A stretch of 64,000 nucleotides of DNA from Tubiluchus corallicola (GCA_030141605.1 JAQGDQ010000039.1:124001-188000); one strand, 5' to 3'. Shown: positions 13,101 through 28,200, numbered from the stretch's first letter. Made by a program: numbers and translations. Notes: generated by a model not told the origin, from the sequence alone.

Positions 13101-16100
13101 ATTTGAGCAATTATTTTGTTATCTTCTAGGTTATGTTTGTCAATCAGCGACTTTCATCCCGACACTTGGAATCCGGCATGGTCAGTGTCCACTATATTAA
13201 CTGGACTTCTCAGCTTTATGGTATGTATAGCTGGAACAGTGGCTGTTGAAATGGAATCAGGTTGTTACTAGTTACTGAAACAAAACAAAATATCCCTGAC
13301 TATGTAAAAGTACTGTTGTGTCCTTACATACTAGAATTTGTCCTCTGTGGCTAAAGTTAATCCATGGGTGGAATTGGAGATATTTGCTGAAATTCTGTTA
13401 AAGGACAAGAAAAGGGGCACCTGAAGTGGATTTCAGAAAAATTGCCTTAAAAATTATATAACTTTACAGCAATTTTATGCATATATTGTATTCCCGTTGA
13501 AAGGAATTTTTGTTTGTTTGCATTTTAAATCTCCTGCTATACTATTCCGATGGCGCCATTACATGACGTCACTAAAATATGTAAATCTGGGGAAGGAAAG
13601 GCAATGTTAAATTATGACCCAAAAAACTTTCCGTGCAAATCTATATTACTTAACATTTCACTTACCTGCTGGAAAGACTTATGTAACTAGACTAATAATT
13701 TAAAATGTTTGTGCCAGTTGGTAAAATGTCGCTGACTCACCCTCCAGGGTGCGCCACTCACTAACCAAAATCGTATTTTTAATCTTATTGACAAGATACA
13801 GTAATTTGAAATTTTACTTAATTAGTAACATGTGTGCTATGAATGCTCTGATTATTTTTTCAAACTCTACTCAATGTTATCAAAACTTGTTTCAAATGGC
13901 TGCACCTAGTTGCACCAGCCAATTACTCTTAATTGGGATTTACATATTTTTTTCCTGGTTTCCATTGAAACGTAGGTTACATGTTTATCATGCCTAATTT
14001 TGTTCTTTGTAGATGTTGTGAATTTTTACTGTTTTCTGACCTTAATTATTTATGACATCTCTTTTGTGTGCAAATAATTACCATATTCATTTATGATTCT
14101 TTGCAGGTTGAAACAAGCCAAACTTTAGGAAGCATAGAAACTACTGAAAGCGAAGTAAGTAGTAAGCAGTGCTGTATTTTATTTCAACTTTGGTTAAATT
14201 GTATCTTGAATTGTGCAAGTTGATTGTTGTAAAGCTGGTTAAATCTTTAAACTGATTAAAAACATTTTTTTAAATAACTTCTAAAAGCAAAAACACTTAA
14301 CAAACAAATGGACAGTCGTATTTGGAAATTCAGTGGGCATCGCATAGTTATGTTAGGTGCATATGCGCATGTCGCATTTTCAGTCATTGTGGTGGACTAA
14401 TCAACTACAGTTAAGTCATAAATTACTCCAGAAAAACTAAATGCAATACGAAGTGCTGGTATACTATATAACACAAAACGCATTTATAAAATGTCCTATA
14501 CTCAGTCATTAAGTACTATATAATGTGCAAGAAATTTACAATTTAATTCAATTTCAATTTATTTATCTCTTTTGAACACTACAACAGAACATTATTAGTT
14601 ATAGAATCAATGAATAAATTGTGAAGAATTGTTACAATAAATAGTTATAAAACTAGAGAAATGATGGTGAAGAGACTAAAATGTGGTCATTGTAGCAAGT
14701 GTAGTCACTAGGAATGCAAACATGTTAAACTGGAAGCTCCTAGATACTCCTCCATTTTGTCTCAGAAAAACTTTTGTAATGATATTTAGAAATTTATTTT
14801 CAAAAAAGAGGATCTCCCACCATTAGTTATGGTAGCTACACAAATATTAATTATGTATTTTCATCTTTTACTTTGTATTAATTGCATTATTAAGCATAAA
14901 TTTGATTTATTTAATAAGAATTTAAAAAATTCATTGTTCTTCAGGAAAGTGCTTTGCGACAAATATAATTGTGTATATCTGGACAGACATATACGTCTTG
15001 CGGGAATAAGCAGTTCACTATTGTTGTTATAGAAGCCATGTGTAGTAAACATATAAATTTGCGTATGTAATGCTTTACATTTAATCACATATTTCTACTA
15101 TTTAACTCGTAACTAGGCAACGTTTTTAATTATTTTTGGGCAAACTTAATCTTTTTTTTTTCAGAAACGAAAATTAGCAGCACAGAGCGGTCGATATAAT
15201 CTCAGAGACAAAGTTTTCTGTGAAGTTTTCCCCGAAGTAGTAGAGGTAGGACCGTCTCAGACTGCTGTCTATTATATTTTTTGCCTTGCTAGTGGCATTT
15301 CTATGTCCTTCCTTTGTGTTGACAGGAATTAACGAAGTCTTTACACCCTTTGTGTTGTAAAGTTGAATATAAACTGGTTACTTTACAGTTTATATTTTCA
15401 TACTCTTGCTTCATGTCTCTGCTGAACTCCTTTCTATTTCATTTATCTTCTCTTTTTCTCTATCTTTGTCTATTATTTTATCTTAACTATTCCCTATTTT
15501 TCTATAATTCAGTCCTTTGTTGATTAAGCAGTTTTTTCTCCACTCTTCATGCTGGTCTTACAAGCTTTGCTTCTTGACCACCATGCAGCATATATTTCCT
15601 GTCGATAAACTATTATGTAGTTAGTAACTATATTAATATAGTTCTTTTACAATTATTGTAATTACAGTTGATTTGATGTGTAACAGTTAAAATGTGGTAA
15701 TGTAATTATGCTGAAGTTGACAAGGAATTACGAATTACAAATATTATAACACATTGGCTTTGTGTATAATAAACCTAATCTAAATCTATTGTAACTAAAT
15801 CTAAAATACTGAACAATAAAAAGAATTTTTGATTAACTATTGAAGTTGAAAAGATACCAGGATTGGATACAAGCATTGGCAAATTTGGCATTGACTGTAA
15901 ATTTGTAAATTGAAATTCGAAGTGTGGTTTGCAATATTTTGTTCACAGAACATTGCATTGCTGTATTACTTCTGTTAAATGCAGCATTAATATTTGTGTG
16001 TAAGGCCGGACACAAAGAAATTTGTTATCGTCTTACCTTACGTGCTTAAAAGATTTCATTAGGGGAGGAGGAAAATTTTTTTAAAGCTTTGTAGATGTTT

Positions 16101-18280
16101 AAAGCTGAATCGAGGAATATTTAAAGTCGCCTGAATTCAAAGTTCATTTATTTCCCACCGGTTAGCAGTAATGTTTTAATTTTTTTCAATACAAATTTTT
16201 TCACCCTTTGTTTTTTATTCTTTTTGTTTTGTATTACTAAATTATCATATAATCATCGATTATCGTATAGTCTGTTTTTGTATTTCATGAATGCATGTTC
16301 TGATAATTATAGTATAAGCAGCAGCACTACTTGGCTGTTAATAAGTTGATTTGGCAGAAAATGCGATACTTTTGGCCCCCAACATGAATTCAGTATCACA
16401 CAAAGTGGCATCCCTGGCTGAGAGTTAGCTGTAGAAAGCATAGCAGTGTCCTCGCTGAAACAACGAAGTTATAATGATTGCATTTTACATTTTAAATTTA
16501 AACATATGCTTTTATATTACTGCGTCGGGTAAGTATACGAATGTATAAAAATATTATAAAACTCTTGGCTGGGTGATTAGATGGAAACAGAAGTATTTTT
16601 ATTGTCGGCCTAATAACTTGAACGGCTATACTATACAAAACAATAAGTAATAAGGCAGGGTGGAAGTACGTTCGACGACTCAGAATATTTTTTCACTAAG
16701 AAATTATTATAAGCCAATTTATTGCTTCAGCAAACAAATATATAGACAAAGAAATATTCCAGCTGTATCGCAGATAACTGTACGTGAGCTGTCTCAATTC
16801 AGTCATTATTGGAGTACACCTAGCTTGTGTGATATATTCGACTTCAGCTACAGTTAACATGGAAGACTCTAGAATTAAATTGTAATATAGCACTAACAGG
16901 AGACATTGTAATTTTGCCTGTGGTTTATGTCTTGTCTTGTGAACATTAGTCATGCTTGTTACTGTTATGAATGGCTACTTAAAGCCAAGCTTAGGTCGAC
17001 CTACGACATGACGCAACTCGCCTGAACTGAAAAGAAACAGTCGTAAACACATGCTCAGGTCGACGGCAACTGAGATAGCATGAATGAAAAAAATCTCTGA
17101 CCAGACCATAATCATCATTGTACACTGCTCAGGTTAAAACTGGGTGGATATCATATGGCATAAGTAGAATATGAGCAGCTCGCTGGAATTGAGTTGCATC
17201 GTAAGCTTGCTTATGTTACCTGGATATATTCGGAACTAGCGGAGTCTTCAGTTGCTCTCAGTTGCATTGCATCACAAGGGTCGACCTAAGCCTGCCATAG
17301 TGCTTACTGGAAATCAGGTTGTGGCACCTGCCTCCGGTAATATGCAAAATTCCTGCGCAGAATACGAACGCTTTCAGCTACTCAGCTTGTTACCGAGTAT
17401 TTAATTTTTTTATGCAGTTCAGTACACTGAAAGCCGGAATCCAGTATTCAGCAGCAGGGCTTACTCAATGTGGTGTTTGTGGCATTACTGAAACCTAGTT
17501 CATATCAAGAATATCCTTCTAAGATAAGCCACGGAACTGGCTCAACCACGTTCCTGTGTATTGTACATCCTCCCTCTAAGAGTTAAATGGCAGAATAAGC
17601 GAGGCAAATAAAAGTGCCCTGATGACCAAGTATCGATCCTAAGCCGTCACATGCTGTTTTATGCTATGTACTCGTAATCAGAAACTAGGAATCATGTCCT
17701 CGCCACATTTCATTGCTAAACTGTATAATTGCAGACCAGTATTTTAGTATTACTAGTAACTTCATTAAACGGTCAGTAGATGGTGCTACTGTGCTACTCT
17801 GATGGCGATCATGAGGTGTGCAGTAGAAAACTTAATGGAAGACAATGATAATGATGCTGCTGCTGATGATATAAGTATGACGATAAAGGTGATGAAGATG
17901 AGATGACACGATGACGATTGTGCAATGACTCTGATGTTATTGGTGTTAATATTGGTGATGACTGTAAGATGTTGATCGCAATAGTGATGATTATAGCAAA
18001 ATTGCTTTTTATTGGAATTTAAAACACGTCAACTTTTTTATTTTTTCAGGAAATTCGCACAAAATTGGCAGCAGAGGAAGCTGAACAAGCGTTGCTGCGA
18101 CAACAGCAGCAGAATGGTGCCATGCCTCCATCATCGCAGCAAATCAACGCAGCCCAAGAGGCGCTCGATGCAGCTAACCAGGGAATGCTGGGAAGCACGT
18201 TAACCAACGTGTTCATGTTTGTCGGATTTGCCGCTTTCGCTTATACTGTAAAATATGTTTTGCATACCATGGCAAAATAA
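10174..18280 (+). CDS. UBE2J2: Ubiquitin-conjugating enzyme E2 J2 (Ubc6 family, tail-anchored ERAD E2), 7 coding exons, 239 aa
   Basis: Exons 10174-10298, 10823-10863, 12274-12376, 13130-13220, 14107-14154, 15165-15245 and 18050-18280 total 720 nt and are all GT-AG. Motifs: [52 protein letters not shown], catalytic [31 protein letters not shown], and C-terminal anchor [18 protein letters not shown]. Confidence 0.97.
16989..17291. mobile_element. MITE in UBE2J2 last intron
   Basis: Perfect 13-bp TIR GCTTAGGTCGACC / GGTCGACCTAAGC, with degenerate inverted similarity extending inward (GCAACT..GAACTGAA / TTCAGTT..AGTTGC). Confidence 0.7.
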
Positions 18281-19810
18281 TAAGGAACCAACAGCAAGTG
18301 TATATATGAAGTGCAGAAGATGTTTGTTGCTGCTTGCATCAATTGTTTATAAGGCTGTGATGACAGTTTCATACTGACTTTGACTCTTCTTTAGTTAATT
18401 AAGCACTTGTACATCATTTTAGCTTGTGTTCAACACACAAACATATCTTTCATAACAGTTTAACACTGCGTTGTTTAGTACATTATTTTTAAGCTCATAT
18501 CTCAACAGACATACCGAGTGTATATACGTACTCTGGCAGAGTCTTACATTAGCACTGATGTTAAACAGAATTTGATTGGCTTCAGTTCGACTGTGTCTTC
18601 AGTAAGAAAATGGATAATGTCAGGCTTTTGAAGATATATGCACTCATGCTGCTATATTATTGACCACTCACTGCTGCCTGCCAAGCTAAGTTTTAGACAT
18701 ATCTGATTCAGACAATTCAGACATAAATTTCAGACGCATCTTTGAATCAACTGGAATAGCTTGTTTGTATTTTTGCTAAAATATTTTAATCCCTGATAGT
18801 AAAATATTCGTAGAATTTATTGTAATTTCACTCAAATCTAGACGTTCTTGGTCGGTTTATATTTGTTGTTTATGTTAATGAAAGGCACCGCTTTTAAAAC
18901 AATTATACTGCTGCCATCTATGATCCATTAACCCAATATTTTGAGCACTTGGATAAAACTATTTTTTAACCAGTTAGGTCTCGAATACATTTTGAGACAT
19001 TGTTGCAGTAGTAGAACTGCACTGCCCAGGTGCAGTATTGTGATGTTATCTGTGATGAAATGCTACTCTAAGGACAAGAGTCAGTTATTATTTGCTGTGC
19101 ACAGGGCCAGATTATGACCTTTTGGGGCCCCTTTGCTAATAAAATTTTGGGGGCTTCCTCAGACAGAGCCACTCTCTAACCCATCTGCAAACAAGGGCCA
19201 CTTTTTTAAATTTGGGTTTTCAGATTCCCGGGCCTCCTTTTTTAAAGTTAACATTTTATTTAAGTTAAACAAATTATTCTCTAATACAAAAAATATTAAA
19301 ATATTGCACTCATTTTTCAAAAAAAAATATTTGAAACTGTTTTAGCAGCGCCGTCTCAATATTTGGGCACCCCAAAATTCAATGCTATGCAAAATTCAAG
19401 ATGTGGTGAGTAATGACCGACCCACCTTCAGTCTTGATATTGTTTTTTGATAGAGATAGACAGAATTTTGATTATGTTGCAGAGAATCGGAGTAACGTTT
19501 TCACACACGTTGAAATCAGGTGAATTTGCCGACTATTTTTCGTTATCAACTTATGAAACATAAGTTGTTGTCTCTTAGCAATCTCTGAGCTGTTAGATAG
19601 CAGCAGCTCAAGTCAACAAGTCCTTCGTAAAGTCCACCTTGCCATGAAGAAATGTAACCTGCTCAACACTAAGAATAATTCACGAGCAAGAAGCTTTATG
19701 AAATGTTGCCTCCCAAGAAGGTCAATAAGTTTCTTATTTTCACAATATAGAAATACAGCAGTACTCATAGTAACACGTGTCCACATGTTTGGACTTGATA
19801 TGACTCATGC

Positions 19811-20217
19811 CCGGGCTGGATTAGGCTATAGGCTAGTATGGGCTGCATCTTACAGCCCCTCAAGCTTGGGAAGCTCATACGTTGCATTACTGAAGAATTC
19901 ATATATATATAACTTAAAATAAGATTTCAACTTTGAAGAATGAGGCCAGGAAGTCTGAAAGTCCAACTATAAAGTGGCTTCTCATTTGAGGTAAAGGAGC
20001 CTTGTTAGAAGCATTTTATTTGAGACAGAGAGTCCTTGTTTGAGGCCCTCTATTTGAAGAAACCCATTATTTGAAATATATGAGGCCCCAGCTATGCAAA
20101 TGTTGCTGAAATATGTCACAAGTAAAAATATTCGAGACGAGTGCGAGCAAATTAGAGTTAGTGGCTCTGCCTGAAGGGGCCCCATAATTTCATTAGCTAC
20201 GTCATAATTGGGTCCTG
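19811..20217. mobile_element. Degenerate hAT-like MITE downstream of UBE2J2 stop (related ends at ~6084, ~11380-11680, ~19102)
   Basis: Termini are CCGGGCTGGATTA and TAATTGGGTCCTG (CAGGG-type), flanked by a duplicated CTCATGC(C) at 19804 and 20218. A related end CAGGGCCAGATTATGAC occurs at 19102. Confidence 0.5.
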
Positions 20218-22494
20218 CTCATGCCCCATGATACTTAGCTAAGCCAAAGGCAGGGGTGAGATCAGTTATGCTTACAACTCTCTGATTTGTCATCCAAGAA
20301 TTTTCAGTTTGACATTCAGGCAAGCTCAAGTAGAATCCTTAATTTGATTTTGAAGTTTAAATCTCAAAATTTGAATGAGCCATCAATTTTTTGAGATAAA
20401 GTTGTAATTACATTGAAGACATTAATTAATATTTAATTAGAATTCTTAATCACTAGGAAACTTTTACTGCTAATTGCATGCCATAACGAGCTACATTGTC
20501 TGTATGCATTGCGTTTAGTTAAACTACGCACTTAAGATACGCGTCCTTAATATCTTTTTAATTTCTTCAACTTAAATTAGCTTTCATAATTATAAATGCA
20601 GTTACTCCCCAAGTCGGCTGTTAAGAATAAATTTTGCTGTTGTGAACTCAGAAATGTACAGTGCAAAATAAATGCTAATAAATGTGTTATTTTAAGTAAT
20701 GCTTTTGTTTGTGTGTTTTCTATTGTGTGAGTAAGCAAGTAAGATCTTTATTTAAACTCTATAAGATCTATAAAAAGTGCAAAATATGAAATACAACTGA
20801 AAACTATTCAGATTTTATATGCATGTACAAAATCATTCAATAAATAAAAAATTTTGAGGTTTAAATTCAGCTTATAAAATGAGTACAAATTGATTAAATG
20901 AAAAAACGAAGTATAAAAAAACAAATTAAAACAATCTCTGAGCATGTATATAACAATATCATTATAAGCCTATCAGTTTAAAACGAATACTTACAGTAAT
21001 AAAAAACTGAGAAGTTAATTTGTAAATTTCGAGCAAAATTCTTCAATGTAGTTATTTGTACCTGCTGAGTAAAAGGCAAATTCCACTTCGGGTGGCTACG
21101 AGGTGCACATACCAGTATTTTGCTTTGAAGCAATTTATTTAAAGCACAAGAAAACGCTTTATTTACTTAAAGGCAAGCAATTCGTCTGGAAATTTTGTAT
21201 CACCTCCATACAGCCTTATTGCACACAGAACGTGCGTTAGTAGCAACGCTATATAAAACTTGAAGTAAAATTTTGTTTGAAACGAGTTTAGATAATATTG
21301 CGTAAAGTTTTGTAAAGTTAGAGCATTCGTAGTTAACGTAGTGTAGTTAGTTCTTGCTAGTTATTCGTAACGTAGTTAGTGAAGTAACGCACACACTTCA
21401 CTAATTAATCTAAAGTATGAATTACTGTATCTTGTCAATAAGATTAAAAATGCGTTTTTTGGTAACTCATTGGTGCACACTGAGAAGGTTAGTCAGTGAC
21501 ATTTTACTAGTTGGCGCGAACTTTTAAATTACTAATAATTTTCTTTTTTAGCTAAGTATTTCAGGCAGGTAAGCACAATGCTACGTCATTCAACTCTGTG
21601 TGGAAATTGTTTTGGGGACATACTTTAAAATTGCCCTTTCTTCCCTTTAAAGAGTCAACGAACACATTAGAGAGGAATTTGTTAGTCCCTATTTAAATCT
21701 AAACAATATTCATTGAAAGTAAGTTAGTTTTCTTCTTATGACCTCCGACATGACCAGACAAGCATTCTCGTGAGTCATCAAAGCATTAGACCACCGGACA
21801 CGCTTGCACTATTAAAGCCGATAATTATAAATTCGGAAACGGATGTGTTCTTGGCTTAATAACGTGGGTGTATTTTGCCCAGTATCCTGGATAGTGTGGG
21901 TCCTGTAACGGGAATGACGGCCACCCAGGCGTACTTATTCATATTTCTATGAAGCGCGCGTTGTTGTCTTCATATTTTGCTTTTTTGCATTTCTGAAACC
22001 GTTCTTCTAAGGGAATGCGAGACTTTTGCTGTAGATTTTTATTACCCTTTTATCCAGCTGTTCAATAGTTGCAAGATGAAAATGGTCAGCTTTTCTGACG
22101 CAGGAGCACGAATTTTGAACAGCTTCTGCATGTGCAGTGATAGTTAGTTTGTTTGTTGATTATGCATGTAATTCTACATAGTTCGAGATTAATACCGGAA
22201 AAATAACTCAGGTCGAAAAAGGTATTGCCAAAAGGCAATGTTATATCGAGAACAGAGACAAAGATAAAATAAACGCACTGTGCTAAGTACACCAATTCTA
22301 TGCCTATATTTCTGCCATAAAAATACATGTACTATACATAATAAGTGTACAGGCAGTATTGGCAGAAACTTTATGATTGGTTAATTTTTGCTTGACGAGA
22401 GAGTGGACTATAGCTGGACTCAGAGTAACATTAATTAATCACAGTGATGTATACATCACTGATCAGGCTGGAGAAAGGTTAAACCTGCATGATT

Positions 22495-22900
22495 TGGTGT
22501 GATGTTATTTGATTCGCTGCAACATGATGACTGATTGTGGTGTAACGTGTTTTAAAGTAATGTAATGTGATGTGATGCGATGCGATGAAATGTGATGTTA
22601 TGCGTTGTGATAGGAGTTGATATAAAAAGTTTTTGATAGGCTGGGATTGAACCAGTGAATAAGAATGTGATATATACAAAAGCGACGTGATGCAAAGTAA
22701 TGCGATGCAAAGTGTTGGCGATGAGACGTGATTTGATGTTATTTGATGGCCCTGGAGGGCACGAAAAATCTTGCCACAATGTTGTGACAATACTTTTTGA
22801 CAATATTTTTCCATATTATGACAATGTTGTGGCAATATTGGTACCAATATTGTCAAAACATTGTCACAATAAGGAAAAAATATTGTTAAAAAATTATTGT
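22495..22900. repeat. Degenerate (GATGT/GATGC)n tract followed by ACAATATTGT-type repeats
   Basis: Pentamer-like run at 22495-22745 and repeated (G/C)ACAAT(A/G)TT(G/T)T units at 22770-22900. Confidence 0.65.
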
Positions 22901-23575
22901 CAGGCAGCGAAAGTAATCAAATACTGGGGGAACGCCAAGAACAACGTGTTTTCTCTTCGCTACTCATTGATAAAGTGCAGAAATTAACTCAAAATCACTG
23001 TTGGTTTCTGAATTTTTCTGTTTCTTTTAAAGAATAAAACATGAAATAAAATAACACCCAAGATTCCGTCTATAATAGTATTTTATTAGTATTTGTGACA
23101 GGGGTGCCAAACCAGCTGAAATCTTATTATAGCAGCTTAAATTTTAAAATAGTAGGTTTATTATTTCCGTGTTTCAAGCGATTTATTTCAAAATGTAACA
23201 GCACTACAGGTTGGCTAAACTTTATCCATCTTCCTTTTGGAAAAGCAGCCCCGAATTTGAACCACGTGCTTTGGCCTTTACAACTCTAAGAAGAGTGTCA
23301 ACTTGTCCTCTTTTGGGGGTCTATGTAAAGAGATTATCTTTAAATTGCTTTACGTAGGCCTATTAAGAGAACGGAAAGTTCAGGAATTATACTGATATAC
23401 GACAATGAAGTTTTCTTTATGTTTTTACTTTTTTATGTAGTCATAAAACCCTTTTGCTTGGGTTACATCTGCTGACTCGAGATTTCATTAATGCTGTTGT
23501 CAAATAACATAATTATGTACCTTGTACATTTTCGTTATTGTGAAGTACGTGGCGGCTGTGAGCAGATCACCGTGC

Positions 23576-24002
23576 AATGGCGGCCTGGGGCAAAAATCTT
23601 TTGGCGCCACTCCTTTTCAATGCGTTAAAGTTATAAATTGTGGGTGAAGTCATAACTTTTGCACGTTTTTTGCTGCAGCATTATGATTATGCAACTACAG
23701 GTTTTCACAATAATACAATCGGCTTTTAGAGAGAATAATACCACTGTTTTTCCAAACCCACATACCACATACGGTTAAGCAACAAAATTAGCTTTTTTCT
23801 CTACGTAGCTGTACGTAGTAACAAAGTCAGCTATGACGGTCTCTGACTAGACAATTTTGCTGCAGTTTGAAAACTGTTAATTGATAATGTCGGATAAATA
23901 ATTAATTGTTAACAGTCATTAAACTCTAGAAGGATTTTGCGACTTTTCAGCCTTGCGCCCGGGGACGATTACCCCCTGTCGCCCCCCCTTTGCCAGGCGC
24001 TG
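23576..24002. mobile_element. GC-ended MITE-like element upstream of chordin (related inverted copy at ~28125-28720)
   Basis: The ends GGCGGCCTGGGGCAAAAATCTTTTGGCGCC and TTGCGCCCGGGGACGATTACCCCCTGTCGCCCCCC..GGCGCTG recur as reverse complements at ~28686-28718 and ~28125-28178. Confidence 0.5.
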
Positions 24003-25265
24003 TTATTGTGACTGAGATACATACGATTATGGGGCGGCCAACTTTTGCCGGACGGTTCGAACCAACTCGCTAGCTAATAAGCAAAGTTTCTCATCGTCTT
24101 TGCGCTTAAGCAGAGATTTTCTTGAATGCACACATGAGCTGCAGAGCTCCAGCGCAGACTCACAGCTCTAAGTTATTAATTGCTCGAACACATAGCTGGA
24201 CGAACATTTCACGTTGACGTGCGCCGAAGCAATTTAATCAGAGATTTGATTATCAGACCGGGTTGTGCGATCACTGAGTGAATGGGAGAGGGCGGTTAAA
24301 ATTTGCTCTCTGTACGTTCTTAATAAAACTTATAGCGGTTGAAAATAACGCGGGTTTAATGGTTGCCACGCGTTCGCGATAACAGCTTAATTACAATGGG
24401 GTAGACAGTTTGATTAGACTCTGTGATTGGCAGTAGATGTTCAATTTGTTCGGAAGTTCTAACTGTTCTCTTTCGACAATAGTGATCGATTTTATCGACA
24501 ATATTGATTTTAAACATAGCGAAATTATGTAACTTAATAAAGTCGTACGTGTGATAATCACCCTTTTGTTTTTTTGGCATTTACTTGAACAAATGCTTAT
24601 TATTCGTTAGTATTTCGAAACTGTGAATTTACTGTCAAGCTGACAAAGTGACCGTGTTAACTGGAAATAGATCGATTACCGTTTGTCGGCACAGTGATTG
24701 ATTTTCAGCAGCAGTATCACTGATAATATCTTGACACTTGAAACTAAAAGTGGCACCTGGAAAGGACAGATCTGTTGGGACGCTTCATTGTTGACAAGCT
24801 CTGTCATCCTGCTCATCATCTTTGGCTAATTAGTGTGTTGTTTGTGTGCTCAGTTGGGGCGCTCAACACCGCCTTTGCTCCAGCCGCTTGCACACTGTCG
24901 TTTGTCGCACGTGTGAACGCAATCCGATACAAAATCCCCTCAGGTTAATCGCTTTACGATTGTTATTTTGAGAAACAGGTAGAGAGGTGTGAGCGCCATT
25001 GTTACAGATTAACCCTTTCGTTTTAAGGCTTTTAATGAGTCGAAAATCAGCCAGTATGAAAGCGGAGGAAACTTAGCAGTATCAGATTGGTATCCTGAAA
25101 GATAGCATCATAGTTTTCGCTTGCCCAAGATACGACTAAGATACCGAAGACGCTGTGCATTGTTACATAAACACTTTGCCATACCACATTTAAATTTAGT
25201 TTATTTTGAACAGTTGTTTGCCTAGACGAAGGCATTTTTGCAGGGCATAGAATTTCACTGTGATT

Positions 25266-28200
25266 ATGCAGAAGTTAAGGCGAACGTTACAAGGATTACT
25301 TGCCACTGTTGTCGCATGCTTGCTGTCGCAGATTACCTTCGTCTCTTCTGCGGTTACGAGTCGCAGAGAGGTACCTCTGAGAGCCGTGGACTTCCCCGTG
25401 AAAACCAGGAGATTCCCAGGTAAGATACATTTCAGTCTCGGTATGCCAATAATTAAAAGGCGTTCCGAGATAGGGTTGCTGTTTTTTTACATTGCACGTT
25501 GACTACAAGTGCGCCTACTCTCATCAGAAGAAATTGGAATGTAGATAGAACAGCACGGGTAAAAATGACACAGGTAATAATGACATAGGTAATAATCTCA
25601 CCGTAAATATGGTACAAAAAAGAGGGAATAAATGAAAAAAACAAAAACCCTAATCTTAACCCTAACTTTAACCAAATCGTACCCTAACCTAACCAGACCA
25701 AGCTCTCACCCTAACCTCAGCCTAACCTTAATCATTTGTTAATAGTGCAGTAATGCCTTGGTTGTCTGGTACATATCAAAATTTCGTCAACCTATTTTAA
25801 ATTAATTTTCTGCATTTTAACGAAACTTTTGAACAAACGCTTGTGAAGTTTTCTCTGATGATTATACACTTTTTTGTCGTGTCACGACATAAACCGTTAT
25901 CTACTTCTGCTCCACAATGATTTATTCAGAAGTAACTTTTGTTGAAACATAAATTTTTACGCGAATCGAAATTTAGTATCGCTCGTTTATAACACAACTC
26001 GTTTAAGTTTTTGAGACGAACGTAGTTTAATTTAGAAAAAGTTAAACTAACAAATTAATGAATGTTACATAATTTTTAATGGAAGATAGACAAGTGCACT
26101 ATTAGAAATATGCGTATCAGCACTGATGTTATGTTATTGCTTTTACACTACAAATAATGTTGATACTGTATCAATTCACCTATCTTTAGCTTTGTGTTTT
26201 TGTCCATAAATCTCCAGGGCATTTCACCAGTGCGTAATACATAAATATTGATACAGGAATCCAGGGCGTTAGGTGATTTGGGGGTAACGTTACGTGGAAT
26301 ATTTATCATCATCATTATCACTGTTATCGTCTTTGTCATCATCATCGTTGTTGTCGTCGTCGTCATCCTCAACATTAGTCAAAGGTGGTGAAGTAAAATG
26401 CCAGCCACGTAACCAAAATACTGAGACAACGAGAATGAATTTCACATTCATGTCACCATCGGAAATATTTCTTCATTTAGCCAAGAAATAACACGCAAAG
26501 CCATCAGTGGCGCATTGCCCGATGAGGGAGTTTCATGCAGATTAATGTCCGCAATATCCGACAAGTGGAAGATTTATGGCTTGCTACATCCACAGATACC
26601 TTTTCAACAGAAAGACTCGTAGAAACAATCACCTGCTACATACATAGACACCTTTTAAATTTAACGACTTGGTGAAACAATTACTTGCTTACTGAAACGA
26701 CTCGTCATTCATAAGCACTTTTTCATTCAGTAAGAATCAGTCTCAACAAACTAATAGGCCGTTTATAAGCATTTTTTGACAAAATAATGTGCTATTCGTA
26801 AGTACTTTTTCAAAAGAATCTCTGGATGTTCGTTGGCACTATTTTAACAGAATCACTAAATGTTCTTAGGCACTAGTATTTCATCAGAATGACTACTTGT
26901 TCGTAGGCACTATTTCAAAATAATCACTAATCGTACGTAGGCACTATTTCAACATAATCACTTCTCGTTCCTAGGCACTATTTCAGCAGAAGGACTAATC
27001 GTTTGTAGGTACTATTTCAGCATAATCACTAATCGTTCGTAGGCACTAGTTCAGCAGAATCACTAATCTTTCGTAGGTACTATTATTCAGAATCATTAAT
27101 CGTTTGTAGGCACTAGTTCAACAGAATGGCTAGTCGTTTGTAGCACTAGTTCAACAGAATGACTAATCGTTTTTTGGTGCACTAGTTCAACAGAATTGCT
27201 AATCGTTTGTAGCACTAGTTCAACAGAATGACTAATCATTTTGAAGCACTATTTCAATAGAATGACTTGCTTTCATAAGTAGGTTTTCAACAAGCTAATA
27301 TTATTTGTGAGCAAAGTTTCAACTGAGTTATACCGTTTCATAAGCTCAGTTTTAGAAGACTGATATGGGTTTCTAAAGCACATTTCAGCAAAAATGATAC
27401 GTCATTCATAAGCATTTTTTAACAAAATTAATAACCATTCATAAGCACACTTTTGCAAGAACAGCATGTCGTAGATAAGCACTTTTTCAACAAAATAGCT
27501 ACACTCCATAATGCTCAACAGAATTACTTACTGTTCGCGAAAAGAATTTGCCATTTATTAATCATTTCTACGCACATCTGGAATCTAACAAGATTAGGTA
27601 TAACAAAAAATGACACTAGAAATAACAAATAAAAAAATTTTGCAAGTCAGAACATGTGGCCAAATAATCGGACGCGAGAACTGCAAGTTCTTGTCGATAG
27701 ATTATAATTACCTATGTTCACTTTCATCCCTACGACTATGACGTGCGGTACGCAACTGCCAGCAGTCGCGATCTAGTTTGTGTTTCGTGCTTTCATAAAT
27801 CGAATTTCAAACTTAACAAACACGACGATGAACCTTCCAAATTCCAAGTGCAAGTTTCTATAGATGGCGGTTGTTGCCTTGAGTGTTTTCTCAATGTATG
27901 ATTTTGTGTTTGAAGCTTCTGTAGTCTGTACATTACAACTACCATAAACTGTTAAAAATAAGTCATCCAACTTTGCATTTACTTTGCAACTGTTCAGTAT
28001 TCATTATCATATAGAGCAATGCAAAACTGCATAGTTGAACCTGGTTCTCTGAGCCATAATAATTGAGATGCTAAAATCTGTGTCGGAGCTTCACCCTTTA
28101 CCCTGCGCAGTTAGAGCTGTATCCAGAGGCGTTGCAAGGTAGGGGCGACATTGGGAACATTGCGAGAGGGCGCAAAATTCTTCTAGGGTTCAATGACTGT

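Noticed and set aside
25056-25076. Short uORF (ATGAAAGCGGAGGAAACTTAG) upstream of chordin ATG
   Set aside because: The TSS is unknown and short uORFs arise readily by chance.
25260-25350. Type II transmembrane N-terminus as in Drosophila Sog
   Set aside because: The hydrophobic stretch starts within ~10 residues of the ATG and ends in a small-residue VSSA motif, consistent with an ordinary cleavable signal peptide.
26820-27270. 34-bp periodic array resembling a CRISPR array
   Set aside because: Units are head-to-tail with no unique spacers and no cas genes, inside a eukaryotic intron. It is a minisatellite.
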